A stretch of DNA of 64,000 bases from Turneriella sp. (GTDB taxonomy: Bacteria; Spirochaetota; Leptospiria; Turneriellales; Turneriellaceae). The DNA is taken from assembly GCA_965279515.1 (NCBI GenBank), contig CBDIID010000003.1, positions 352,001 through 416,000 on the forward strand, written 5' to 3'. Each line of letters begins with the position of its first letter. The stretch's first letter is position 1. A program made the translations under genes and the position numbers. Positions 19,609-30,089 of this stretch are shown here, piece after piece. Under the pieces are notes generated by a model, which worked only from the letters and a program-made list of their open reading frames with translations, searched no databases and was not told the DNA's origin.

Positions 19609-19642
19609 AGGGGATGTTCCAAGAGGGAGCATCCCCTTTTTT
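19609..19642 (+). terminator. Intrinsic terminator after flaB
   Basis: AGGGGATGTTCC-loop-GGAGCATCCCCT followed by a T run. Confidence 0.8.
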
Positions 19643-20426
19643 ATTTGCCTGTATAGTGCGGCGGACGCTTTTCGAAAAATGACCTGAGTGCCTCTTTAAA
19701 ATCCGCGGTCTGATTAAGCAAAAACTGTTGTTCCAATTCAAAGCGCTGTGATGCCTGCAAAAGGTGAGCGTAGGAGTAATCTACGATCTGCTTGTTGAGA
19801 GCAACAGCCTGCGGTGGCAAAGCGAGAAGTTTCCGGATCCATCGCTCCCTGGTGGCAGACAACTTTTCCTGCGGGACAACCTCGCTCAGAAAACCGAGGG
19901 TCTGCATCTCGTGCGCCGTAAAGTTTTCACCGAGCATGGCCATCTGCTTCGTCGCTGCAATACCGATGAGGCGTGTGACACGGCAGAGCCCCATAATGAC
20001 ACCGATACTGCGCTTCACCTCGGGCAGGGAATAAATGGCCCGGTCACTGCTGATGCGGAAATCGGCGCAAGCTGCGAGAATGACTCCCGCTCCGATGCAA
20101 AAACCCTGAATTTCGGCGATGATGGGCTTAGAAATAGCTTCAAAGCTGTCGATACAGCCCTGCCCTGCGCTTAAATGTTTGGCATAACTTTCAAAATCCT
20201 GATCAGCCATTTGCGCAATCACCGAGACATCCATGCCTGTGGAAAAATGTTTACCTGCGCTGCGCAATAAAACGACGGCCACCCCACTGTCAGCCGCGAT
20301 ATCCGCACTGATCAACCGCAACTCTTCGAGGCATTCGAGGTTGATGTTATTGCCGGTTTCCGCCCGCTGAAGAGTGAGCGTCGCCACTTTTTGCGCTATT
20401 TCACAGGTCCAATGCTGCAGTTTCAT
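19641..20426 (-). CDS. Enoyl-CoA hydratase/isomerase family protein
   Basis: HFSTGMD, KPIIAEIQGFCIGAG, ACADFRI, LPEV and DFKEALRSFFEKRPP motifs. Confidence 0.9.
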   Translation of the reverse strand: MKLQHWTCEIAQKVATLTLQRAETGNNINLECLEELRLISADIAADSGVAVVLLRSAGKHFSTGMDVSVIAQMADQDFESYAKHLSAGQGCIDSFEAISKPIIAEIQGFCIGAGVILAACADFRISSDRAIYSLPEVKRSIGVIMGLCRVTRLIGIAATKQMAMLGENFTAHEMQTLGFLSEVVPQEKLSATRERWIRKLLALPPQAVALNKQIVDYSYAHLLQASQRFELEQQFLLNQTADFKEALRSFFEKRPPHYTGK

Positions 20427-22411
20427 TAGGATACACCATGAAACTGCGGATGGTTGCGCACACGATGGGATTGCCTCGCGTCCTTGACGTTGCTGACATC
20501 GTAGCGTTTGAGCCAGGCATCACCGAGCAGTGTATACTTCGTATCCTGCGGATGAAAATTCGTCGCTACTGTCGTCGAGTTTTTCGGCCCCATCGCGACC
20601 CCGCTCGAAACAAAAAACCCGGCAGCCAAAAGGTTTGCGCGGATGCGTGTGGATGAAGAATAGGTATACAGGGATGTCTGCTTCAGTCTGAAAAACATCA
20701 GCAGCTCGGTAAAAGTCTCCTCGATCCAGAACCGCGATTCGGTCTGGAAAGAGAACATGTCGTAAAAAACCTCATCGGGCGGCGGGGCATCCGCAAAGGT
20801 CTTCATAAAATCGCCTTGTATCAACTTCCATTCAAAAGAGCGTTCAGGGTTCGTGTATTCACCCTTGGCGAGAATCGCGCCGGGTGCGCGGTGCCGCAGT
20901 TCAGGAAAAAGACTGCGGTACTGGTAAGCAAGTTTCAGCGGATCGAGATCGGTCTCAAAGCTGATGAGTTTCACCGGGCGCAGCGTGCGTTTTTCGAGCA
21001 GCAGTTTCTCGTAAAGGGAAAGTACACCCATGGCATTGGTGGCCGCGCCCAGACCGACATCCCAAATGACTAAAGGTTCAGATGTCGCGGCCTGCAGTTT
21101 CTGTTCAATCTGCGATTGGTCGATGTAAAGTTTTTTGGCTTCCACCGCGGGCTCGGTCACCGAATGCATAATCTCTCCGGAAACACGATCCTTAATCGAA
21201 GCAAACGAGCCGTCCTTGCTGCGGTGGATTTCAAAATTGCCCAGCGATTCCGATTTCCGGTGCCTTTTGATTACCGGCTGATAGGTAATCTCTGGTCCGT
21301 CGCTGCGAATCAGGTCGGTTTGTTTCTGCCGGTAAAAATCTAAAAAGCGGTCTTCACGAATCGCGCCGCGGATCTCATTCATCAGCTTGTGGTAGAACTG
21401 CAGGTTGTGGCGGCCGATCAGGTGCCAGCCCAGGATCTCCTGGGTTTTGACAAGATGATGCAGATAGCCGCGCGAATACGAGCGGCAGGTATCGCACGCG
21501 CAGGCGCTATCCAGCGGTTCATCGGCAAGCCGGTAGCGTGTGCGCCGCAGCGCCACCTTGCCCTCGCCGGTAAAAGCCGTGCCCCTTTCAGCATATTGCA
21601 GCGGCAAAATGCAATCGAACATATCGATGCCGCGGTGCACACCCTCGAGCAAATCAATGGGAGTGCCCACACCCATAAGATAGCGCGGCTTTTCCTGCGG
21701 CAGAAATTCCGTGGTAAAAGCGGTGATGTCTTCGCGCTCGGCTTTGCTTTCACCGACGGCGAGGCCGCCCACTGCGAAACCGTCAAAATCAATTTGCGTG
21801 AGTTCCGCCGCGCTGCGTTTTCTGAGATCGGTAAAACACGCGCCCTGGACGATGCCAAAGAGCGCCTGCACGGAATCGCCCCTGGCGGCAAAGGAACGGT
21901 GAGCCCAACGCGTCGTGCGTTCGAGGGCATCGATCACTTCGGCGCGTTCAGCGGTTGAAGGGATGCACTGGTCGAGAGCCATCATGATATCGCTGCCGAT
22001 GGTTTTCTGCGCCTGGATGCTGAGTTCGGGTGAAAACAGCGTCTTTTTGCCGTCGACCTGGCTGATAAATTCCGCGCCTTGTTCGGTCATTTTTCGTGCA
22101 TGCGGCAGCGAGAAGATCTGGTAGCCCCCCGAATCGGTCAGTACGCTTTTGGGCCAGTTCATGAAGGTGTGGATGTCTTTGAATTTCTCAAAGACCTGGA
22201 GCCCCGGCCGCGAGAAAAGATGGTAGGTGTTTGCCAGCAGAATCTGGCTGCCCGTATCGAGCAGGGTTTCGCGCGTCTGGCTTTTTACCGTGGCGAGCGT
22301 GCCGACGGGCATAAAGATCGGCGTCTCAATAACAGAATGAAGCGTCTTCAGGCGGCCGACGCGCGCCTGTGAATGGCTGGCTTTGTGGGTTACGGAGAAT
22401 TCAAGGCGCAT
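20426..22411 (-). CDS. tgt: tRNA-guanine(34) transglycosylase fused to a C-terminal MnmD (MnmC methyltransferase)-like domain
   Basis: TPIFMPVGT, LANTYHL, TDSGGYQ, GGLAVGE, PRYLMGVG and the Zn site CACDTC; C-terminal WDVGLGAATN, FYDMFS and TYSSSTRIRANLLAAGF; start set to 22411. Confidence 0.9.
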   Translation of the reverse strand: MRLEFSVTHKASHSQARVGRLKTLHSVIETPIFMPVGTLATVKSQTRETLLDTGSQILLANTYHLFSRPGLQVFEKFKDIHTFMNWPKSVLTDSGGYQIFSLPHARKMTEQGAEFISQVDGKKTLFSPELSIQAQKTIGSDIMMALDQCIPSTAERAEVIDALERTTRWAHRSFAARGDSVQALFGIVQGACFTDLRKRSAAELTQIDFDGFAVGGLAVGESKAEREDITAFTTEFLPQEKPRYLMGVGTPIDLLEGVHRGIDMFDCILPLQYAERGTAFTGEGKVALRRTRYRLADEPLDSACACDTCRSYSRGYLHHLVKTQEILGWHLIGRHNLQFYHKLMNEIRGAIREDRFLDFYRQKQTDLIRSDGPEITYQPVIKRHRKSESLGNFEIHRSKDGSFASIKDRVSGEIMHSVTEPAVEAKKLYIDQSQIEQKLQAATSEPLVIWDVGLGAATNAMGVLSLYEKLLLEKRTLRPVKLISFETDLDPLKLAYQYRSLFPELRHRAPGAILAKGEYTNPERSFEWKLIQGDFMKTFADAPPPDEVFYDMFSFQTESRFWIEETFTELLMFFRLKQTSLYTYSSSTRIRANLLAAGFFVSSGVAMGPKNSTTVATNFHPQDTKYTLLGDAWLKRYDVSNVKDARQSHRVRNHPQFHGVS

Positions 22412-22545
22412 CGCCGAACGAAAAGGCATTTGAATGACTCTGTAAACTGCGATTTGGATTGGCGGAACGCTTTGTGCGCCGAACAATAAACAGGGTGACG
22501 GCATGTCTCGATCACCGGAATCTCCGTTTAAGAGATAACATCCAT

Positions 22546-23982
22546 TTGAGTACCACGACAGCAAAAAAGACATTCGCCGAACTCGGCGTCTCACACACTA
22601 CACTTCAGGCAATCACCGACATGGGCTTCCGCGAAGCCTCACCCGTACAGGAAAAGGCCATACCGATTCTGCTCGAAGGCCATGACCTGATTGGTCAGGC
22701 GCAGACCGGCACCGGTAAGACTGCGGCGTTCGCGATTCCTGTCATCGAGCGGATTTCCACCGAGAAGCGCCTGCAGGCGATGATTCTTTGCCCCACGCGC
22801 GAGCTGGCGATGCAGGTGGCCGACGAGATCCGTAAGATTCTGAAATATAAGAAGGAGATTCTTGTCGCAACCGTCTACGGCGGGCAGAAGATCGGCATGC
22901 AGTTCCGCGATCTGAAACTCAAACCGCAGATCATCGTCGGTACACCCGGCCGCATCATGGACCACATGGCGCGCAAAACCATCAAGATGAACACGGTGCA
23001 ATTCTTCGTACTCGACGAGGCCGACGAAATGCTCGCGCAGGGGTTTCGCGAAGACATCGAACATATTCTGACAGACGCCCCCAAAGAGCGGCAGACGATT
23101 TTATTCTCTGCGACAATGAGCAAGGAAGTGCTGGCGATTACTTCACGCTTCCTGACGAATCCACAAAAGGTGGATGTCCTCGCCGGCGAGAGCAATAAAC
23201 CCAAAATCGATCAATTCTTCGCCATCGTGCCCGAGAAGAACCGTGTCGAAGCGGTGATTCGCCTGATGGATTTTTACGAAATCAAGACCGCACTGGTGTT
23301 CAGTAACATGCGCTCCCAGGTTGACGGTTTAACCGCCCAGTTCAACGACCGCGGCTTCAGCGCCGAGGGCATCCACGGCGATTTGAACCAGGCGCAGCGC
23401 GACAAGGTCATGGCGCGTTTGCGTACAGGCAATGTGCGGCTACTCATCGCCACCGACGTGGCCGGGCGCGGCATCGACATCAGCCACATCGACGCAGTCT
23501 TCAACTTCGACCTGCCGCGCGATGTCGAGTCCTACATCCACCGCGTCGGCCGCACCGGGCGCGCCGGCAAGAGCGGCAGGGCCTTTGCCTTTGTGCGCAA
23601 CTCGGAGCTCAGTAAACTCAAGCGCATCGAAAGAACGCATGGCATCCGCGTCACTCCGCATGACATACCCGCGCTCGAGGCGCTCGTCGGTAAAAGAACG
23701 GCGGTCGTGCTCGAAGACCTGAAGGCCGTGGCGAAAAAAGCGAATCTGGAAAAACTGTATCCCCAGGTGCAGGAATTGGTCGAGCAGGGTTTTTCAGTCA
23801 CAGATATTGCCGCCGCCGCGATCAAAGTACTGCTCGGCCAAAATGGCGGTGGTTATGACACCAAGGCGCATTTTACTTCATTTAAGGAAGAGCTGAAATC
23901 TTTTCAAAGCGAAAAGCCGAAAGGCGGCGGTTACAAGGGCGGCAAAAGCCGAAGACGGTTCGGGCCTCCGAAACGCAAATAA
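22546..23982 (+). CDS. DEAD-box RNA helicase
   Basis: Q motif, AQTGTGKT, PTRELA, TPGR, DEAD, SAT, GRGID and HRVGRTGRAG; probable TTG start at 22546. Confidence 0.95.
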   Translation: MSTTTAKKTFAELGVSHTTLQAITDMGFREASPVQEKAIPILLEGHDLIGQAQTGTGKTAAFAIPVIERISTEKRLQAMILCPTRELAMQVADEIRKILKYKKEILVATVYGGQKIGMQFRDLKLKPQIIVGTPGRIMDHMARKTIKMNTVQFFVLDEADEMLAQGFREDIEHILTDAPKERQTILFSATMSKEVLAITSRFLTNPQKVDVLAGESNKPKIDQFFAIVPEKNRVEAVIRLMDFYEIKTALVFSNMRSQVDGLTAQFNDRGFSAEGIHGDLNQAQRDKVMARLRTGNVRLLIATDVAGRGIDISHIDAVFNFDLPRDVESYIHRVGRTGRAGKSGRAFAFVRNSELSKLKRIERTHGIRVTPHDIPALEALVGKRTAVVLEDLKAVAKKANLEKLYPQVQELVEQGFSVTDIAAAAIKVLLGQNGGGYDTKAHFTSFKEELKSFQSEKPKGGGYKGGKSRRRFGPPKRK

Positions 23983-24027
23983 TCCCATTGTTGTTTGACA
24001 ATTTCTCTCTGCGGACAGCCGTTACGC

Positions 24028-25461
24028 ATGAAGGGAAGAAACATTGTCCTGTCGTTCATTTTCGCAATACCAACAATTTACGGCATTTCAAAACATCTGG
24101 CGCCTTACGGGGCGAAGAACTTCCCTGATCACTACAGCGAAGCGGTCGATGCGTATTTTACCGCTGAGAAGCTCGTGCGCGCCGGGCAGTACGGCAGGGC
24201 CTCGGAAATTTTAACCGCATTCTGGGCGAAATATCCCCAGGGAAATGCAGCGTGGCAACAGCTACCACAGCAAGCCGGCGGTATTTTCACCGGGCATCCG
24301 CCCGCCTATGCTTCACTGCAAATGCTCACGAAAATTGCCGAGACCTTTGCCCAGGGCCTGCCCCGCCCGCGTGAGACGCTTGCGTTCACAGTTGTGTTGC
24401 CGCAGAACTCGACGGGGTTTGATCCCGCCAATGAGCAGGAATTGCGCGACAACCGGGGAACGCCGGTGACACACCACCTCGACCCGCGCATTTCGGCTGG
24501 CAAGTACCGCGCCGTGGACGAGTCGCTCTGGCTGTTCCAGGAATATCTCGGCGCCTTAACGGGGGGTGAAGCCCGCTTCACAGTCAGATATGTGCCCCTG
24601 AAAATTTCAATCCCCATTGTCACCGGCACTTCGTCCAAGGGCACCATTACCAGCAGGCCTGCAGATGAGGGCTACCGCCAGATCTGGGCAAGCATCGGGG
24701 CGCAGGTACGGCAACGCACCGATTTCTGGATGATCGTCTACCCCTCACATAAACCGGAGAATGCGGCTTTGCGAGAATCCCTTTATATTACCGGTGGCGG
24801 CATGGGGCGTGGCCCCGATGGCAGTCCGTGCATCATCGTCGATGACATGTTCCTTTTGCGCGCGCAGCCGCATTTCAAAGTCGCCGAGAAGGATTTTGAT
24901 GCGCTCGAACGCCGCCTCTATCTGCCGCAATTCATGCAACATGAGTTCTTTCATTACCTGTTCGCGATGTATCCGGAGTTTGGCTTGGAAGCAGAGAGCC
25001 ACCAATGGCACCAGCGCTCTGCCTGGCCGTCTGATTTTCAGGGAATCGTTGAGTCAGATTATTACCAGGAAAGTTTTGAGAAACGCATCCGCGCGGCGGC
25101 TGTTCCGACCATTGCCAAATTGCGTTTTCAGGGGCCTCAGGATAATCTCTTGCGGGCCATCGAGCCCGCACAAATAGCGGGGCGTTACAGCCGCGAGCCG
25201 GTACAAAATGGCTGGCATAACGGCACGATCACCGTTGGGGAAAATTCCCTGCTATGGAAAAACACAGCCGGCGCGCTCTGGAACCTGCAATGGAACCAAA
25301 AAGGTGAGCTGATCACGGGCGATGATAATCCGTATTTTAAATCAAATCCGGCGAGCGGGCGCTCATTCAGAATTCGCCTGAAACGCGATGCTGCGGGTAA
25401 GTACACCACAGCCATCGACGGCTTTATGTTTCAGGATGAATTTTACCGGAAAGTCGAATAG
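24028..25461 (+). CDS. Secreted protein, putative zinc metallopeptidase
   Basis: Signal-like N-terminus and an HExxH motif (MQHEFFHYLF). Confidence 0.6.
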   Translation: MKGRNIVLSFIFAIPTIYGISKHLAPYGAKNFPDHYSEAVDAYFTAEKLVRAGQYGRASEILTAFWAKYPQGNAAWQQLPQQAGGIFTGHPPAYASLQMLTKIAETFAQGLPRPRETLAFTVVLPQNSTGFDPANEQELRDNRGTPVTHHLDPRISAGKYRAVDESLWLFQEYLGALTGGEARFTVRYVPLKISIPIVTGTSSKGTITSRPADEGYRQIWASIGAQVRQRTDFWMIVYPSHKPENAALRESLYITGGGMGRGPDGSPCIIVDDMFLLRAQPHFKVAEKDFDALERRLYLPQFMQHEFFHYLFAMYPEFGLEAESHQWHQRSAWPSDFQGIVESDYYQESFEKRIRAAAVPTIAKLRFQGPQDNLLRAIEPAQIAGRYSREPVQNGWHNGTITVGENSLLWKNTAGALWNLQWNQKGELITGDDNPYFKSNPASGRSFRIRLKRDAAGKYTTAIDGFMFQDEFYRKVE

Positions 25462-25471
25462 CAGCGCAGGC

Positions 25472-26014
25472 TTAGAAAAACGTATAACCGACACCCATAG
25501 CCGCCCAGAAGTGGTGTTTCGGACCCGGGATAAAGGCGTGCAGGCACTGCAAACTGATCGTTACACCGGAGCTCTGGAATAGAGGCAGGTCATAGTCGAG
25601 TCCATAACTGATGCCAACCCCGGCGGTTGCCTTAATACCCATGGTCTGATCATGTATGCCGCCGAGCCCTGCCGCACCCTTCGCGACAAGGCGGTTATTC
25701 CAGATAGGTTTTTTGAGCATCAGCATCCAGCCGCCCACCAAATGCTCTCCGCCTGAAGGCATGGCAAAACCCTTCGACTGGATAAACGTATGGTCGAGCG
25801 CAACGGTGATCTGGCTTTTTCGGAAGGTGCCGCCAATCTCCATATTATGGAACAGGCCACCTGAAGTCGGGCCATAACCCCAGCCGATCTGCGCCTGAAA
25901 GTGAAAACCGCCACGCACCGGAAGAGGTGAAACAATATCTTGGCTTGTCGCCTCAGCAAAAATAAAATTTTGCATCATCAGGACGATTACGCCGAAAATC
26001 TTTAAAGAACGCAC
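25472..26014 (-). CDS. Small outer-membrane beta-barrel protein
   Basis: Signal peptide, alternating beta strands and a C-terminal GVGYTFF. Confidence 0.7.
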   Translation of the reverse strand: MRSLKIFGVIVLMMQNFIFAEATSQDIVSPLPVRGGFHFQAQIGWGYGPTSGGLFHNMEIGGTFRKSQITVALDHTFIQSKGFAMPSGGEHLVGGWMLMLKKPIWNNRLVAKGAAGLGGIHDQTMGIKATAGVGISYGLDYDLPLFQSSGVTISLQCLHAFIPGPKHHFWAAMGVGYTFF

Positions 26015-26035
26015 GGCTGACCCCCTACCCGCTAT

Positions 26036-27724
26036 ATGATTCGTAAATATGTATTTATTTTTTTCTCTCTATTGCTCGTACCCGCCTTCGCCCAAAAGGG
26101 GACTCCGGGGCTCGGCATCGAAGATGAACTGAACCTGAATAGAGAGAAACAAAAAAAGAAGAAAAAGAAAGCAGAAACAAAAGAAGGCGATGATATCGCC
26201 GATAAGAATACAACGGTTGAGGGCGAAGACGAGCAATATGCCCCCCCGCGCAAAAGCGATATCGAGCTGCCCAAAGTTTCTGAAGGACAGCTCAGCCGCT
26301 GGGAAGACGAGGTGCGCGACCTCAACCAAAGCGAGCGCCGCGGCACGAAGATGCTCGAACGCAAGGCGCAGATCAAGGCCGAGTATGGCACGCAGAACAC
26401 GCTGGGTGCGCAGATTTTCGTCACGAAAAAAGACGAGTTTGGCGCCTACCTCATCGAGTACAAACGCAACAAATATGACTATGAGGCCTTTGGCACCGAT
26501 GTCGTGACAAACTCGGCGCTGTCGCATGATGCTTTAAAACTTTTGGGGCAGCTCAACTTTTCACAGAGCTACAAGATGCTGCTGCGCACAGAATATAAGG
26601 AGACCGACCGCGGGCTGCAGACCAATGCCATTTACGGCAATGAAAATAAGAAACTCGGCGTCTTCCAGTGGGATAACCAGATTCGGCCGGGGGATAACCA
26701 ACGCATCACGGCCGGCATCACAGGTACCCTGGCGAAAGGCTCGGTCACACAGACCGGTACTAATATTAACCAAAATGCGGATTTCAAAAGTATCAAGGCC
26801 GCACTCGAATGGCAATACATCTTCGGCGAGCGTAATGCACTGACGCTCTCGAGCGATCTCTGGTATGGCGAAAATACCGACTACCTGACCGGTGTGCCGC
26901 AGTATTACCGCGCAGGCAATGCCGAAGCCCGCAATGTTTTTCCGCTCGCGCGATTTTTAGTGGGTAGCGATAACCAGTCGCTGCAGATCGATGCTACCGT
27001 CGGCGCCAAAGTATTTTTCGCGCAGGGATTTTCCCCCGTCATCGGCCCGCGCATCGCTCTCGATTTTTTTTACCCCGGCTACCAGGGCACCTTTGAAGTC
27101 GAGCGCACCGGCCAGATACCCGATACGGAAAAATACTTCTTCGCCCCACTTTATCAATCCCCCTACCGGTTTTACCAGGCCGAAGATGGATGGAAGATGG
27201 CGGCAAAAAACAATTTCCACCTGACTAAAGAGACCCACCTGAAGGTTTCGGCGACGCTGTTGAATCTGCCGGTTTATTTCGACCGCCGGCTCGATGCGGC
27301 AACCGGCCTCTTGACGCTGACGCCGATGAACTACCGCGCCGTGCAGGGTACGGTTTCATTCGCGCAGAATTTCGGGACGGATTTTTACCACGATACCGGG
27401 TTGGAAACCGAATGGTTTATTGACAGTGCCTCGCTGCGCGAACCGCTGTCGCTCTTCACACGGCTGCATTTCACGCCGCGCAACTGGGATTTCAGCCTCG
27501 ACCTGAAGTACATACACCAGCGGCGCGAAGTCGACCTGGCAACGCTGGCGAGCACAACACTTTCAGGTTACGTGCTTCTGGGCGCCGGGGTGGAACGCAC
27601 GCTCTTGCCCTCGGTTAAAATCTTCATCCGGGGTGAGAATTTATTCCATCAAAAGTACCAATTCGTCTCGCTTTATCAGGCTTCGGGCGCCCGGGCGTGG
27701 TTTGGGCTTAACATGGTTTATTGA
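26036..27724 (+). CDS. Outer-membrane beta-barrel, TonB-dependent-receptor-like C-terminus
   Basis: Signal peptide; C-terminal IRGENLFHQKY..GARAWFGLNMVY. Confidence 0.7.
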   Translation: MIRKYVFIFFSLLLVPAFAQKGTPGLGIEDELNLNREKQKKKKKKAETKEGDDIADKNTTVEGEDEQYAPPRKSDIELPKVSEGQLSRWEDEVRDLNQSERRGTKMLERKAQIKAEYGTQNTLGAQIFVTKKDEFGAYLIEYKRNKYDYEAFGTDVVTNSALSHDALKLLGQLNFSQSYKMLLRTEYKETDRGLQTNAIYGNENKKLGVFQWDNQIRPGDNQRITAGITGTLAKGSVTQTGTNINQNADFKSIKAALEWQYIFGERNALTLSSDLWYGENTDYLTGVPQYYRAGNAEARNVFPLARFLVGSDNQSLQIDATVGAKVFFAQGFSPVIGPRIALDFFYPGYQGTFEVERTGQIPDTEKYFFAPLYQSPYRFYQAEDGWKMAAKNNFHLTKETHLKVSATLLNLPVYFDRRLDAATGLLTLTPMNYRAVQGTVSFAQNFGTDFYHDTGLETEWFIDSASLREPLSLFTRLHFTPRNWDFSLDLKYIHQRREVDLATLASTTLSGYVLLGAGVERTLLPSVKIFIRGENLFHQKYQFVSLYQASGARAWFGLNMVY

Positions 27725-27752
27725 CGGTGCGTGTTTTTCTCTGGATTCACCC

Positions 27753-28685
27753 ATGATGGCTTGTTTTACGCAGAAATTCATATTTTTCGTGGGTATTTTG
27801 GGCATCGGAAACGCCCTTTTCGCCCATTCGGTCGAGATTCCCGGCGGGGCGAAGAGTCTTAAACCCGGACGCTATACCGCCATCGTCAAACTGGACCGTC
27901 CGCGTGCAGCGAAAGAAGGCGTCGAAGCCGATATCATCGTACCGGCCGGGTTGTCATCCCCCGCACCGGTGATTGTTTTTATCCACGGCAATGCCCGCAA
28001 TAAGGATTTCTATAAGAGCGCAGCGAATTTTTTGCTGGCGCCTGCGGCGGTGCGCAAGGCCGTCGTCATTACGATACAGAACTGGTGGCCGCTCTCGGGT
28101 GATAAACTCGAGGCCACCGAAGATACGCGCCGGGCACTCAACCTGCTGATCCATAAGCTTGTCGATGCGGGCGCAATCCAGGGCAAACATGTCTACTTGA
28201 GCGGCTTTTCGGCCGGCGGCCTCGCGGCCTTGGCAACCTTCTTACAGAGCACGGATCACTTCCGCAACGAAGCCTACAAAAATAAATTCATCACTTCCTG
28301 GGCTGCGCTGATTAAGGCTTCCAAAAAAGATCCGGAGGATTATTTTTATAATTTCCGTAACCCCGGCAAGGAAGCGGGATTTTATCCTTATGCTGGCGTT
28401 GTCTTCATAAAAGGGAATTTCTACAACAAGTTTTTCTCGTTTGTCAACGATCCGATCTTAAACGCCGACGAAACCCGAAAGCACTACGCGGCCTTAACCT
28501 GGGATAAAAAGATCATCCTCACCGTGGGTGGCGATAAAGAAGCCAAGGATGTGGTGAAAGAAGTACCCGCCTGCCGCGCGTTCTTAAAGAACCTCGGCAT
28601 GCGCCTCGACTACCATGAATTCGGCGACGAAGGCCACAATATCGATAAGTCGAGTGTCGAATTGCTCTGGCAGATGATGCCTTAG
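27753..28685 (+). CDS. Secreted alpha/beta hydrolase (esterase-like)
   Basis: VIVFIHG, nucleophile elbow GFSAGG, VGGDKE and EGH. Confidence 0.8.
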   Translation: MMACFTQKFIFFVGILGIGNALFAHSVEIPGGAKSLKPGRYTAIVKLDRPRAAKEGVEADIIVPAGLSSPAPVIVFIHGNARNKDFYKSAANFLLAPAAVRKAVVITIQNWWPLSGDKLEATEDTRRALNLLIHKLVDAGAIQGKHVYLSGFSAGGLAALATFLQSTDHFRNEAYKNKFITSWAALIKASKKDPEDYFYNFRNPGKEAGFYPYAGVVFIKGNFYNKFFSFVNDPILNADETRKHYAALTWDKKIILTVGGDKEAKDVVKEVPACRAFLKNLGMRLDYHEFGDEGHNIDKSSVELLWQMMP

Positions 28686-28693
28686 GCGCTCAC

Positions 28694-28722
28694 TTCGACT
28701 CCGCTTAGTGAGCGAAGTCGAA
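28694..28722. repeat. REP-like palindrome between convergent genes
   Basis: TTCGACTCCGCT-tagtg-AGCGAAGTCGAA. Confidence 0.6.
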
Positions 28723-28730
28723 CCGTCCGC

Positions 28731-30035
28731 TTAAAGAACGTCCATAAATGCTGAAACGCTGAAAACAGCCTTGCCCACGCCCGCTTCGCCATAACCCGGG
28801 GGTATAGGCAAGGCATACTTGCGGTGGATCGCGCGGTAATTACGTAACAGTTTGAGATAATACGGCAAGGGTGGTGGCGCCGAAATTTCTCCGAGCGGCG
28901 TAAAGGGTTCGGGACACCATGTAGTGAAGCGCGGCACGATGCCTTTGCTCATAAAAAAATCCAACCCTTCTGAGGTGGATGCGACGGCTGCATCGACGTC
29001 GCTAAAACCAACGCCGTCGGCCATCTCGACGCCGCCGACAAAATTCGGTATAACATGTTGCGCACCAAAGACATCGGCCGAGGCCACAACACGGCGGATC
29101 CAGTTGTCGCGGCCGATAAAACGTTCTTTGCCGGGGCAGATTTTCTTGAAGAGTTCGGCATCCCACACTTCATAATTGGGATGGTAAATTTTCACCCCGG
29201 CATCGACGGCTTTTTTGCAGTCGTCGGTTTCCCATGCCTGAATCACCATCTTAGAGATAAAACGTTCTTTGAGGGCATCGCTCATCGCACGCGGGTATTG
29301 CAGGTAGAATTCGATTTCATCTTTCCCCTGCAGTTTGCCCGTGACCGAGCCGCCCGTGATCGTAAACGCGCGCGCGACAGAATCAGTCGCCGCAATACGC
29401 TCCAGCGCTTCGACGAGGTGCGCCGGGTCTTTGACGCCGGTGTAGGGCCGGCCCTCGCGCTTTTGCTGGCGCCAGTTATGATTGATGTCGCAGAACTGGC
29501 ACTCCTCGTCTTTGCCAAAATACTGGCAGTTGCGGAAGACGGTGAGATAGATGAGATAGCCCCATTCTATGGCCGGGGCAACTTCGCCGATCGGTTTATC
29601 AAAACTGAATTTTTCGTTGTAATAGGCCGGCACCGGCGGATAGAGCGCGTTGCCAATCGCTTCACTCCCGAGAAAAAGCCGCACGGCACCTGTTTCGTCG
29701 GCGTCGAGTTTATACGGCGAATCGGGGTTCAGACGCACGGAGATCACCGTCGGCTGCAACGCCGAGATTCCCGGCGTGAGGCTATCGGTAAAGATGCGTA
29801 TCTCTTCGGGCACGCGCGTATGCTCGGGAATATCCTTGAGCGGCGCGCGGTCGAAGGTGAAGATGAAGTAATCTTTTTTCTTGAAATCTGAGGCCGCAAG
29901 CGCCGCGGCGGTGAAAGTCAGTCCCTGACGCAGGACATCCTGCTTGACGACCGCTTCGAAAGGCAGGTCGGAAAATTCAATTTGCCAGAGTTTTAACAGC
30001 GTCTCTGCGGTGTACGCGTCGCGTACGGCGATCAT
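28731..30035 (-). CDS. Radical SAM protein with Cx8Cx2C motif
   Basis: CQYFGKDEECQFC, TITGG and HPNYEVWD motifs; start set to ATG 30035 to avoid overlap with ctaA. Confidence 0.85.
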   Translation of the reverse strand: MIAVRDAYTAETLLKLWQIEFSDLPFEAVVKQDVLRQGLTFTAAALAASDFKKKDYFIFTFDRAPLKDIPEHTRVPEEIRIFTDSLTPGISALQPTVISVRLNPDSPYKLDADETGAVRLFLGSEAIGNALYPPVPAYYNEKFSFDKPIGEVAPAIEWGYLIYLTVFRNCQYFGKDEECQFCDINHNWRQQKREGRPYTGVKDPAHLVEALERIAATDSVARAFTITGGSVTGKLQGKDEIEFYLQYPRAMSDALKERFISKMVIQAWETDDCKKAVDAGVKIYHPNYEVWDAELFKKICPGKERFIGRDNWIRRVVASADVFGAQHVIPNFVGGVEMADGVGFSDVDAAVASTSEGLDFFMSKGIVPRFTTWCPEPFTPLGEISAPPPLPYYLKLLRNYRAIHRKYALPIPPGYGEAGVGKAVFSVSAFMDVL

Positions 30036-30089
30036 GCGCCAAAGTATAGCTTGTTCTTGTCCGGTCGTCTCAAAAGTATTTCTGACCCC

